Source: Macrostomum hystrix (lineage: Eukaryota > Animalia > Platyhelminthes). From it: a stretch of DNA of 64,000 nt. The translations under genes were made by a program, and so were the position numbers. The first letter of the stretch is position 1; every line of letters begins with the position of its first letter. The stretch is from assembly GCA_950097015.1 (NCBI GenBank), contig CATNEN010000001.1, positions 16,554,001 to 16,618,000 on the forward strand, written 5' to 3'. Shown piece after piece: positions 1 through 12,404 of this stretch. The notes below the pieces were generated by a model. That model worked only from the letters and a program-made list of their open reading frames with translations, was not told the DNA's origin and ran no database searches.

Positions 1-490
1 TCTCAGTTGGATAATCTCACCCCAGCATGGGAAAAATCTCAGTTGGATAATCTCACTTCAGCATGGTGAATATCTCAGTTGGATAATCTCACTTTAGCAT
101 GGGAAATATCTCAGTTGGATAATCTCACCCCAGCATGGGAAATATCTCAGTTGGATAATCTCACCCCAGCATGGGAAATATCTCAGTTGGATAATCTCAC
201 TTCAGCATGGTGAATATCTCAGTTGGATAATCTCACTTCAGCATGGTGAATATCTCAGTTGGATAATCTCACCTCAGCATGGTGAATATCTCAGTTGGAT
301 AATCTCACCTCAGCATGGGAAATATCTCAGTTGAATAATCTCTCCCCAGCATGGAATATATCTCAGTTGGATAATCTCACCCCAGCATGGAATATATCTC
401 AGTTGGATAATCTCACCCCAGCTTGGAATATATCTCAGTTGGATAATCTCACCCCAGCATGGAATATATCTCAGTTGGATTATCTAACCG
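1..490. repeat. Minisatellite, 36-37 bp unit (atatctcagttggataatctcaccccagcatgga), truncated by window start
   Basis: Direct tandem repetition; the ORF at 295-516 is a repeat translation. Confidence 0.95.
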
Positions 491-1396
491 ATTTTAGTGC
501 CAGAAATAGAGAATAAGGTAAAGTCCCGAGATATATATCTCAAAAATTTGTCTCAGACGAGTTACATACAGCTGGCAGTGAAACATCTCTAGGTCATTAG
601 AAAATCCACACTTATAATTAATTTCTAGACAAACTTTTGATACGTTTCACAAGTATCAGCATGAGAAGAATGATCAGCAATATTTTACAATATTCTTGGG
701 ATGCAAAGCACAATTTAAAGATAACACAGTGCTAAATTTAAAACCTAATAAGTGACATATTTGGCAAAAATTAACAACAACAACTAATGAAAAGGTAAAT
801 TCGCGCTCGTCATACTACTTAAAGTAAAGTGAATATATACCAGTGAAGGAAATCTATAATATTGGTAAAGCTAATGTCATAGATAACTGTTCAATCGATA
901 GCTTAATAATAGTACAAGTGTAAGCTAGCGTCGTAACAAAGGTATAAAAAAACTGCGTTAATATGTTTAATCAGCTAATAAAATAAACTTTAAAGGGCAC
1001 ATTTCGCACACTTTACTCGTATATGTAGTGTACAGCTGAAACATCACTTTAAGAAGAAAAAAGTAAGCTAATTGTGTAAGCCTCACGTACAAAGTTTATA
1101 AATTCTTTCAATAAAGTTGTTTATTAACAGAAAAATTTTTTTTCCTTAGTCACTGCTATTCGAAGGATGACGACGATAGGCAAGCTTCACGGGAATGTAG
1201 ATTGAGCACAAAATGTGTCTGAAGATAGATAGCTATTGTGGTGTCCTTCTAAAGACTGAGTACAAGACTTGTCCAGTCCGTGGACTGGTATTGGGCAGGA
1301 CGCCACATCCGCCCGAATTTCTAACCCAACTAATGCTAGTTACTGAAGCAATTGGGAATTAAGTATTTATTAGGATTCGAACTCCCGACCTCTCTC

Positions 1397-4300
1397 TCAA
1401 TTCGGATTGGCTTCGAACTCGCACAGAACCCGCAGGCCGTCGAGACAGCCGCAGGCAGTCAGGGCCTCGCCGAGTTGCCTGACAGTCAGCCGGTGCTTGT
1501 GAATGAAATTTAGCAGACCCTGCATCAGTACGTCTGCTGGATGCGAGTTCGATCGTAGCAGCTGGGCCAGTTCCACCTGGGAGATGCCCAGATTCATCAG
1601 GATGGGAGTGCTCTTGACGACCGCATCGGGAATGCGGCACAGACGGTTCGCCAGCTCTGAGGTGGCAGCAATTTCTGCGTATTTCCAGGTGAGGAGTTGA
1701 ACAGCATCAGGTGGCATCGGATTGACTCTTTGCGTGACTCGAACTGTGGACTGCAAGCTGGACTCGCCACTCGATGAGGAACCCGGAGCTTTGAAGACAG
1801 TCACATTACCAACTGTGGCAATGTTCACCATGAAAACTGGCTTGGGCTGTGGAGGATGGGACAAAACAGTTGACAGCATGCTAAGTATTCATGCTTACTT
1901 CTCATTTAACTTTTTGTGCTAGCTAGCCCTGAGCCTTTGAAAAGCTATCAATTCTGGCTCTGGTTCTTTTGAAGGAAGAACCCGCAGGCCGTCGGGTTAG
2001 TTCTTTAGTTATTTTATAGATATAGAACCACTTTAGTTACTTTAGTTGGGTTAGTTCTAGTACTAGTACTTCCCATCAGAACCACTTCTAGTTCTGGCCC
2101 TTAAACAGAACCACTTCTAGTCATGATCCTTCAACAGAACCACTTCTAGTTCTGGCCCTTAAACAGAACCACTTCTAGTCATGATCCTTCAACAGAACCA
2201 CTTCTAGTTCTGGCCCTTAAACAGAACCACTTCTAGTTCCGGTCCTTCAACAGAACCACTTCTAGTTCTGGCCCTTAAACAGAACCACTTCTAGTCATGA
2301 TCCTTCAACAGAACCACTTCTAGTTCTGGCCCTTAAACAGAACCACTTCTAGTCATGATCCTTCAACAGAACCACTTCTAGTTCTGGCCCTTAAACAGAA
2401 CCACTTCTAGTTCCGGTCCTTCAACAGAACCACTTCTAGTCATGATCCTTCAACAGAACCACATCTAGTTCTGGCCCTTAAACAGAACCACTTCTAGCCA
2501 TGATCCTTCAACAGAACCACTCCAAGTTCTGGTCCTTCAACAGAACCACTTCTAGTTCCGGTCCTTCAACAGAACCACTCCAAGTTCTGGTCCTTCAACA
2601 GAACCACTCCAAGTTCTGGTCCTTCAACAGAACCACTCCAAGTTCTGGTCCTTCAACAGAACCACTTCTAGTTCCGGTCCTTCAACAGAACCACTCCAAG
2701 TCTGGTCCTTCAATAGAACCACTTCTAGTTCCTGTCCTTCAACAGAACCACTTCTAGTTCCTGTCCTTCAACAGAACCACTCCAAGTCTGGTCCTTCAAT
2801 AGAACCACTTCTAGTTCCTGTCCTTCAACAGAACCACTTCTAGTTCCTGTCCTTCAACAGAACCACTTCTAGTTCCTGTCCTTCAAAAGAACCACTTCTA
2901 GTTCCGGTCCTTCAACAGAACCACTCCAAGTCTGGTCCTTCAATAGAACCACTTCTAGTTCCTGTCCTTCAACAGAACCACTTCTAGTTCCTGTCCTTCA
3001 ACAGAACCACTCCAAGTCTGGTCCTTCAATAGAACCACTCCAAGTCTGGTCCTTCAATAGAACCACTTCTAGTTCCGGTCCTTCAACAGAACCACTCCAA
3101 GTCTGGTCCTTCAATAGAACCACTTCTAGTTCCTGTCCTTCAACAGAACCACTTCTAGTTCCTGTCCTTCAACAGAACCACTCCAAGTCTGGTCCTTCAA
3201 TAGAACCACTTCTAGTTCCGGTCCTTCAACAGAACCACTTCTAGTTCCGGTCCTTCAACAGAACCACTCCAAGTCTGGTCCTTCAATAGAACCACTTCTA
3301 GTTCCTGTCCTTCAACAGAACCACTTCTAGTTCCTGTCCTTCAACAGAACCACTTCTAGTTCCTGTCCTTCAACAGAACCACTTCTAGTTCCGGTCCTTC
3401 AACAGAACCACTCCAAGTCTGGTCCTTCAATAGAACCACTTCTAGTTCCTGTCCTTCAACAGAACCACTTCTAGTTCCTGTCCTTCAACAGAACCACTCC
3501 AAGTCTGGTCCTTCAATAGAACCACTTCTAGTTCCTGTCCTTCAACAGAACCACTTCTAGTTCCGGTCCTTCAACAGAACCACTTCTAGTCATGATCCTT
3601 CAACAGAACCACATCTAGTTCCTGTCCTTCAACAGAACCACTTCTAGTTCCTGTCCTTCAACAGAACCACTCCAAGTCTGGTCCTTCAATAGAACCACTT
3701 CTAGTTCCTGTCCTTCAACAGAACCACTTCTAGTTCCTGTCCTTCAACAGAACCACTTCTAGTTCCTGTCCTTCAACAGAACCACTTCTAGTTCCTGTCC
3801 TTCAACAGAACCACTCCAAGTTCTGGTCCTTTAATAGAACCACTTCTAGTTCCTGTCCTTCAACAGAACCACTCCAAGTTCTGGTCCTTTAATAGAACCA
3901 CTTCTAGTTCCTGTCCTTCAACAGAACCACTCCAAGTTCTGGTCCTTTAATAGAACCACTTCTAGTTCCTGTCCTTCAACAGAACCACTCCAAGTTCTGG
4001 TCCTTTAATAGAACCACTTCTAGTTCCGGTCCTTCAACAGAACCACTCCAAGTTCTGGTCCTTTAATAGAACCACTTCTAGTTCTGGTACCTTCAACATA
4101 ACTACGAGCGTATTTATTTTTCTGGTCCTGCAACAGAACCAGTCCAGGATCTTTGAAAAAAAACAATCTTTACCGGATCAGATACTAAGGTCAAATCGTT
4201 TAACGATTGTTAACTGCACGAATTTTAGCTTTTCAGAATTTTAACAACAAAAACTAATAACACTCACATTTGGCTGTACCGACGCTGACATCTGTGAATG

Positions 4301-7300
4301 GGCGGCAGCTGCTTCACTAGCAGTGGCAGAAGCAGCAGCCAAAGAGCTATCAGGGGTTAGGTTTGATGCCGGCTAAAAATTGTTGGTAATAAAATTATTT
4401 ATCTACTGTAAAAATGTCTTTTAATCTGGAACTAGATAAGAAACTTATGAAATTTATGGAATAAATCTAAAAAAAATCAACAGGAGCTCTCACAATGGGC
4501 TGAATCTCAGGCTGCGGCGTTCTGGTTTGAGTAGGACTCGCTGCACTGCGCTCTGAGTCGGCAGTTGGACTTTCCACCTATATAAATTTTGGCGAATAAG
4601 TTGTTTGAGCTAGGAGAGTAGTACAGTCTATATTGTATTTGTAATAACATTTTATTACACCTGCCCCAATCGGTAATTGGCAGATGTGCAGTCGACAGCA
4701 CAGCCGCAGCTATTGCACGGCGCATCTGAAGGCTGCGTACGGCTGTTCAGTACATGGACTGGGGAGACGCCACTCCCACCTTCAGCTACCTCACCTGATG
4801 CTGGTACCCATTTAACCTAGGCTAGCCACTGGGCAGCAACCCATAGACAGATGGTTTCTTGCGCACCTGCATGTTCGCAAGGTCCTCTCGGACCTCCTCG
4901 ATCGGGCCAAGCGACACGGTGCGGGCTTGGTCCTCAGCAGAAGTGATGGTCTCATTGGGTGACAGGTCTCCCAGCTCGTTCAGCACGCGCCTTCGCTCTA
5001 GATCCATTCGACCAACATCGCACAGCTGCCACTGTTGGTTGACCTCGGCGAAAGTGGCCCTCCTTTCAGGGGTCTGGTGGACCATCATCTGTACGACCGC
5101 CTTGGTGGTCTTTTGCAGCTGTTCTAGAGGCTCATCTTTTTCGCCAAGCGAAATCTTTTCGAAGCAGCTATCGTCGAGCAAGCGTTGAAAATCAGTAACA
5201 TGCAGGCCATTCCGGACTCGACTCTTGAACTCCTCGATCCGATCGCCAATCACTTGCCGAATGGACAGCGAGCAGAACGCTTCGACAACGAACACGCCAT
5301 ACAGATACCTGTCGCCAAAGATGTCAGGCTGACGCAGAGGATCATCGTAGGACTCGGGCAGGCGTCTTTCGATACCACGCAGCCGGTCAAAGGAGAGCGT
5401 GTTCTGGGTGGCTATCGAGTCAACGCTTCGCTTTGATAGACCAAAGTCGGCAATCTGAATTATTGATGTGAGGCCTCGAAATCGGTCCAGCATATTTGAG
5501 CATTTTCTACTGCTAGAGGTACATAAACAAAAGTTCAAAAAGCATGCGAAGGACGCGCATAACCTTGGCATTTATCTGGTTATCTATGAGCACATTGTCA
5601 ACGGCCAAGTCCCGGTGCAGAATGCCCCCCTCGAGCCGGTTCTGCAGGAAGTCGAAACCGTCGGACACCTGCAGCATCCAGTTGGCAACCAACCAAGCGC
5701 TGCGTGCCTTGGTCGGAGCAATGATTTTCTAAAAGTGGATGAAGTCAAGGCAACCCCGTTAGGTTGATATAGTTTTATATCTGAGTATCAACCCTGCGTC
5801 TTGAAGTGTGAAACAAAAATACGATGATATCTGGCGCAGAGTCCATCCTCACCATTTTTGACAACCGCTTTGAGAACAATCGGAGACTGCCGTGCTTGCA
5901 GAACTCCATAGCGTAGCCAATCAGCTTCTGGACTTCGTGAAAATAGGCGTACCGAATTTTAACGAAAGAGCTGTGCTGCTCGCTAATGTCGTGCATGTAT
6001 TTGATCTCATTGACCAGGTGCTTCATATGCCTGCAATATTTTTCAAACCAGTCATAAATAATCGAACTAATTAATTCGTATATTAAAAGTGTTCCAATCG
6101 GACTCGATGTACAGGCACAGTGAGAGTGCAAGCGGACACTGTCTGACGATAACAGAGTCAGTGCAGATGTACACAGCTGTGTGCGTGTGTGCTCAGGAGT
6201 CAGTGGAATGGGCAGAATTGCATCCTCGCTGGCTGGGGGGGGTCGGTGGCAGAGCGGTTATCGCGTTTGCCTCTCGCACCACGGTCCCTAAGTTCGATTC
6301 CACGGCGAGGCCACATTCATTTGGGGCGCAGCCGCGGAGAGAAGTCTTTGGGGCTTGTCGTGAAATTTTCGCCCTTGAGGGCCAACCTCCAAGGCACAGT
6401 GGAATATACACTGCCTGATGATGAGAAAGTCAGGGCAGATGTTCCACCTGTGTGAGCGTTTGCCTGCGTACAGTATCTGTGTGCGTGTGTGCTCAGGAGT
6501 CAGCGAAATGGGCAGAATTGCCTCCTCGCTGGTTGCGGGTCTAGTGTCACTAAATGATGTGCCATTGCCCGCAGCCCTCCTGCAATTATTAATTATTATT
6601 ATTATTAATATTATTATTATCCTCGCTGGCTGCGTGCAAGAAGCTAGTAAAAAATGACAGTTAAAAAATGTATTACACTGTCGATGTGCAGCCGACAGCA
6701 CAGCCGCAGCTATTGCGCGGCGCATCTGAAGGCTTTGTACAGTCCTTTAGTCTATGGACTGGGGAGACGCCACACCCAACCCTAATTACCCCAGCGCAAT
6801 GCTAGTAGCAATTTTACAGCTGGATGAACTGAAGTAATGCAAAGCTAAATCGTTCGAGTGGAGTCGGGAATCGAACCCCTGACATTTAAGTCGTGAGTAC
6901 TTAAGCATACTACTCACTAACGAAGTTCAACAAGACAGAAAATCTTCAAAATTTGTTAAAAGCATGAGCGGCTCACCAATCCTTTTTGCCAATTTCCGAC
7001 TCCTCAAGCTTAAATATCTTCAAAGCCAGCGGACGGTTAAACGGATCATTTTTAAGGCTGCAGCGGTGACAAATTGCAAAAGAACCTTTGCCTGTTCAAT
7101 GATTTGATACTTTACATAAGATTTGCATTGCCGCGAGTATTTTTTAAGACAAAGTCACTGAGGCACAGTTTACCGATCAAGTTTTCTTCAGGAAAGTTCA
7201 CTTCGAAATTCCACAACTGAGGGAGGGAACTCCAGTCGAATTCTAAGTCCATCTGAAAATAATTGACATCGAGTTGTCAATTGCCAAGCAACAATAGGCA

Positions 7301-8886
7301 GGTGAGACAACTTTTGACAGAATTAGTTGCAATGTGACCCACCGATTGGTTGCGTAACTTTTTAGCAAGTCCAACAGCAGCTTTTCGCTCGTCTTCCATC
7401 CGGTCAACTCTGCATAGGCGCCACAGCGAGCTGATTTCTGAGAACTCAGGCCTCTGGTCTGGCACCTGATGAGCCATCAGACTCACTACCTGCTTGGTAA
7501 TATCTCGCAGCTGCTCCAGGTAAGCGTCCTGCTTGCCAGCCAGTAGCTCTTCAAAGCACTGCTCTTCCAACAGGCGTTGAAAGTGTTCCAGATGAGCGCC
7601 TGTTCTGACTCGTTCCTTGAAAGTGTCCAAATCGTTGCCAATTCTCTTGCCGATAGACACCAGGGTAAAGGCCTCTAACACCAGCAGGCCGTAGAGATAC
7701 CTATCGCCGTAAATGTCCGCCGGTCTAAGCACATTATCGAAGGTTTCTGGCAAGTGCATTTCGATTCGGCGATGCATTTCAACCTCGGCGGTCTGCTGAG
7801 AAACAGCCAGGTTTGTCGTCTTGGACAGACCAAAGTCGGATATCTGAGAGTTTAGAAAGCGAATACGAGGTCGTTTTTCGATCATGAAAGTAAAAATCCT
7901 TTTCTAGAGTTGATTGAGCAATCAAAAATAACTGAAACTCACCCTGACACGGAGGTTGTCATCGGTGAAAACGCAGTCCATTGAGAGATCTCTGTGCAAA
8001 ACAGTGGTCTTTGTGCGAGTCTGCAGGTAGTCAAACGCGTCGGAAATTTCCAGCATCCACCACGCTGTCAGCCAAGGATAGCGGCCTCGAGTCTGCGTTA
8101 ACGAAAATCGTAATCAAGAATTACTATCGAGGCTAATAGATCAGCACAATTTGATGCTACCAACCATGTTTGCAAGGCGTCGACTAAACTTGCGGAGACT
8201 TCCGTGGCCGCAGTACTCCATAGTGAAGCCGCATAACTTGGTGTCCTGGCTGTACAGATGGAAAACACTTATGAACCATTGTTCACGCTCCTGGCCTAAT
8301 TCGTGCAGCAGTGAGACTTCTTGAACCAGATGTTGAAGTAGCCTGTAATTAACATTTTAGAGTGTCCCTGAGCTCGATTCCGCGGTGAGAAGGCTTGGGG
8401 CATGTCGTGCGATTTAAGCCCGTACAAGGACTAACCCCCAAGGCACAGCGAGTGTACACTGCCTGACGATGAGAAAGTCAGTGTGGATGTACACACCTGC
8501 TTGAGTGTGTCAGTGTTACGGTATCTGTTGCGGGTCTATTGTAACCAAATGAGCTACCCATGCCTTGCTTACAGCCCTGAAAATATTTCATTAAAACATA
8601 TAATAACAGCGATTTCCATACCAAATAGTCACAAAAATCACTAACCATTTTGAGCCTCCTGTGCTTTCAAAATTGAATAACTTCAGGGCCAAAATCTTCT
8701 TAGAGACGTCCTTCTGAATCCAGCAGCGATGGATGCTAGAGAACTGACCCTTGCCTGAAATACCACGGATAATCGTCATACCACTAAAAATTAATATAAA
8801 CTATAAAAGTGATGCTGTTACCTACCCAGGGGGCGATCATCAGGAAAGCAGACGTCAGTGTTGGATATATTTTTTAGCTTAGCCAT
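1397..8886 (-). CDS. Tandem kinase-kinase-death domain protein (RIPK-like), predicted 892 aa, 12 exons
   Basis: Exons 8886-8826, 8754-8646, 8342-8165, 8092-7943, 7843-7343, 7252-7174, 7091-6977, 6030-5853, 5728-5564, 5454-4867, 4372-4268, 1846-1397, all GT-AG and frame-compatible. Kinase 1: LGKGQFS, LALK, HRDLSMDC, DFG, LPE. Kinase 2: IGKGSFA, LALK, HRDLAVDN, DFG, LPE. C-terminal death-domain pattern (LMNLGISQVEL...LMQGLLNF...LTVRQLGEALTACG). Confidence 0.75.
1400..1700 (-). other. Death domain-coding region of the tandem kinase gene
   Basis: Helical motifs resembling the death-domain consensus LGLSxxEI and ATVxxLxxALxxxG; paralogous to 20709-21010. Confidence 0.75.
2078..4090. repeat. Intronic minisatellite, ~29 bp unit (cagaaccacttctagttcctgtccttcaa)
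   Basis: About 2 kb of tandem repeats in the last intron of the tandem kinase gene. Confidence 0.95.
4655..4820 (-). mobile_element. SINE family B, partial copy
   Basis: Matches 9095-9350 and 41090-41325 (gatgtgcagccgacagcacagccgcagctattgc...catggactggggag). Confidence 0.8.
6236..6618 (+). mobile_element. tRNA-derived SINE family A, full-length copy with 14-bp TSD
   Basis: A-box-like tggcagagcggt, B-box-like agttcgattcc, (ATT)n tail, flanked by direct repeat atcctcgctggctg (6222-6235 and 6619-6632). Confidence 0.85.
6680..6910 (-). mobile_element. SINE family B copy
   Basis: B box (gggaatcgaacccc on +) and family B body. Confidence 0.8.
8360..8580 (+). mobile_element. SINE family A, 5'-truncated copy
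   Basis: gtccctgagctcgattccgcgg...actgcctgacgatgagaaagtcag shared with 6236-6618. Confidence 0.8.
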
Positions 8887-9094
8887 GATCCCATGCGTAC
8901 AGGGCTTTAACTTTCTTTCTGAAAAAATGTATAATATTTTATTTAGACAGACAAATCCCCATTTTAAATAAAGTACGAAGCTAAGACTCCTTACTACCCA
9001 GAAGAAATTTTAAATGAAGACATTGTTTAACAAAATCGATGAAAATATCGCAGGAATCTAGGAACCGAAATTGACCAGCAATAAACCTCACCTG

Positions 9095-9350
9095 AATAAT
9101 AATAATAATAACTGATTACACCTGCCCCAATCGGGCCAGATGTGCAGCCGACAGCAAAGCCGCAGCCGACAGTTCAGTCAATGGACTGGGGGGGGCGCCA
9201 GACCCACCTTCAATTACCAATTTAACAGCTGGGTGAACTGAAGCAATACAAAGCTAAGTGTCTTGCTAAAGGACACAAATTTTTCCAGAGGAGTCGGGAA
9301 TCGAACCCCCAACCTTCAAGCCGTAAATCCGACGCTCTAACCACTAGGCT
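9095..9350 (-). mobile_element. tRNA-derived SINE family B, near full-length
   Basis: Minus strand reads tagcctagtggttagagcgtc (A box), ggttcgattccc (B box), core tgtgtcctttagcaagacact...cacccagctg, and a (TTA)n tail. Confidence 0.85.
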
Positions 9351-9794
9351 ACAACCTACAACCTATGTAATTTAAAAAGCAAATAGAAAAAACAGTAAAG
9401 ACGTAAAAATGTAGGAGTATGCAATGCAAATGTATGCAAATAGGTATGGTACCAATACACGTGTATACAGTAAATGTATTGCATTTCTTTCTAGAAAGAA
9501 CAAAAACAGATTTTTGAAATAGTGAAATAAACAAAGAGTGATCTAATGAGGCTAAAAATATCAAAAGAAAGAGAAAAAAACGGCCAGAAGTAATTGAAGC
9601 TGTGAAACAACCAGAAACGGATACTTCAAGTAGTTCAAACCTTTAAAACATTTTCCCTGATAACAATCGAATAAAACTAGATTCACAGAGTGGATCATGT
9701 GGATAAGGTACTATGCATTGCACAAAGCATTAGTACAAAGTATCCCCGAAGTAAAAAACACTGCAGAACATTTAGTATGTAAGTTTAAAAAGCG

Positions 9795-11669
9795 TCAGAA
9801 GTCATGAAGGTAGTCACGCGGGTCGTACTGACAGTCGCCATCGTCCAGCAAGTCCGGTGGATCTCGGGTGAAATCGTTGGTGTCAAGATTAGGAGGTACA
9901 GCGCAGTTGAAGTCGATGTCACGAAAATCCCCAAATGACAAGGCTTCGTCGTGTGAGATGGGCTCGGCACTGCTGCTCCGGATCTCTGAACTGTGCGGGC
10001 CTACAGAGCTTGCTCCGTTGGAACCAGCGGTTCCAGAGTCATAATCTGCACTGACAGTTTGGTCACTGAGTGAGTGCACTACCGACTCCTCCTCATCGTC
10101 AGTGCCCAGCATCTCCAGCACTCGAAATCGCTCATTCTCCATCCGCTTGGTGTCGCACTGTCGCCAGCAGCTGCACAGCTCAGCAAACTCTGCTCGCTTT
10201 TCTGGTACCTGCTGAGCGGTCAGTCGGATAACTTTATTCACTGTCGACTGCAACTTACGCAGCTGCTCGTCCTTAGCACTTGCTTGAATCAAACCGAAGC
10301 ATCTTCGATCCACCAGACGCTCAAAGTGGTCAAAGTGCCGCCCATCGCAGACCATTCTTTTGTACTCTTCGATTTGGTCTCCAATTTCGAAGCGCAGCGA
10401 CAGTCTAGTGAAGGCCTCAACGACGCAAATGCCGTACAGATATCGGTCGACGAACACGTCAGGCTGTCGGAACAGATCTTCATACTTTTCTGGAACTCGT
10501 CGCTCGATCGTGCGCTTAGAGTCTAACTCAAACGTATTTTGTGAAGCTATTGAGTCTGTGATACTTTTTGCTAAGCCGAAATCAGCAATCTGAAAAATCA
10601 GAGCATGAATTAGTTGCCTTAAAGCTTCTTTAATGATTCACTAGCATGAAATGATCAATTAGCAACACCTTGACTAGCAGACTGCTTGTGACTAGAATAT
10701 TATCAACAGCCAGATCAAGATGAAGCAATGCTCCGGATTGTCTTGTTTGCAGATGGTCAAAACCACAGGCCACCTGCAGCATCCACCTGGCCGTAAGAAA
10801 TGGAAATATTTCTGGAGTGCCGGACTGACTTGTCTGCAACGATTCAGACAGACTTTCGTTTCTAGTTTTTATGTAAGATTTTTTTGAAGTCATTAGCAGT
10901 AGAAATAGCACGCAATTTTTACCACTCGTGAAATACCACGGGTATTTCAAATACCCACTGCCTATTTCGCAATAGCTCCCAAACCGAATGACCGATTATC
11001 GTGAAATTCCTCCATCTAAATCTAATTTTCCAACCTTTACAATGAGTTAATGTGGGTATTTGAAATACTCCCCTCTGGTCTTTATACTCTTACTAGTAAA
11101 TAAATATTTTAGAGGATCAGCAAGGACTCACTAGTTTGCACTCTAAGCGTTTAATAAACTGCCTCAGGCTTCCATTGGCGCAGAATTCCATGCCGTAGCC
11201 GCTGAACCTGCCATTGTTGATGTACAACCACAGCACCTTCACGAACTCCTCTCGCTCGCTACCCAGACAATGCATTAGTTGAATTTCACGTTGTAATCGC
11301 TTTGTGATCCTAAGGGTTTCGGCAGTCGAGTATGTACACATTTTTGTTGAGAAACATCATTTGTGACATCAAAAGCTGTACGCCGCTTACCATTCCTTGG
11401 CAACTCCATTCAAAATGTCTTTAGTGTTCGAATGAAGCTCTTTTAAAACATACTTTTTGCTGCTTACATCCGACTTAATGGAGAACAGATGACAGGTTGC
11501 GAAGGCACCTCTGCCTGCCAGTTTAAGAAATGGCAGGTTAATTATCCCTGGAAACAGTTTAAGCGCTACGTACGAGCTAAGAATATAAAGAACACAACGT
11601 ACCTAAAAAACTTTTGTCATGAAGAACAATATCAGTGTCTGTTAGGCAATCTAGCTTGCCGGAACTCAT
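9795..11669 (-). CDS. Single-domain non-RD protein kinase (TKL/RIPK-like) with acidic C-terminal tail
   Basis: Exons 11669-11603, 11514-11391, 11309-11132, 10833-10669, 10589-9795. Motifs LGRGAFA, YVLKE, REI, MEFCANGSL, HLDLAVDNIL, IADFGLAK, VPE, DRYLYG; Asp-rich tail ending HDF*. Confidence 0.88.
10895..11098. mobile_element. Short inverted-repeat element (repeat family C, MITE-like)
   Basis: gggtatttcaaatacccac ... gtgggtatttgaaatac inverted repeat; related segments near 22681-22847, 29943-30055, 37005-37500, 39570-39640 and 58977-59050. Confidence 0.55.
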
Positions 11670-12404
11670 GTTTTCAAAGCTGAAATATTAATGTTATCGA
11701 GCAAGAATAAATTACTTTCGGTTTAGTGAAGACAAAATGAAAATAATATAATGTTGCCTAAAGTAATCTGGTTTGCTGCAACCTTTTTTAATGCTAGTTT
11801 TAGGTTTCTTGTGGCAGTGAAACTTAGTAGTATCGGTTACGAGAAAAAGTATCATAAATTTCTTTATTTGGCACTCATTTACTGAACGAGGGACAATAGA
11901 AAGGTTGTGTTTTGGGCTTAGTTTGAATGAGGTTGCAAAAAATGACCAAAAGAAACAATACAGAAATGCTTTACGAAATTTCCTACAATACATAAAATAT
12001 TGTAACCGCACAGCACGTTTTATTTAGTAGTTAAGAAAACAACTTTTGAATGTCATTGACAAAAATATGACAAAAATATACGCAAAAAAGTATATTAAAG
12101 TAAAAAATCCCCCCCAAAAACATAGATATATTTTATATGTTAAGAGAAAAGACATCAACACATTCTTATAACTAGAAGGGAAACAAACAATTATTAAAAT
12201 CTCATTGTGATAGCGATTATTGTGATTACAGGACATTCTGGTCTTCCACAATGCTATATTAACTAGATAGTCCATGACACAAAATTGTTGCTGCACACAA
12301 CAAAACAAAAGCAAACATAGAAGAAATACTAGGATTAAAAATGCCTGTAAACTTTTTATCTTGTCATAGTTTATAAGCAAACTGGATATTGTCTCCTCAA
12401 AAAT

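Noticed and set aside
6410-6515. Hammerhead ribozyme suggested by CTGA(T/C)GA ... GAAA in SINE A
   Set aside because: I could not build stems I-III around the core, and CTGAC is sequestered in a simple hairpin. Kept only as a structured-RNA finding.
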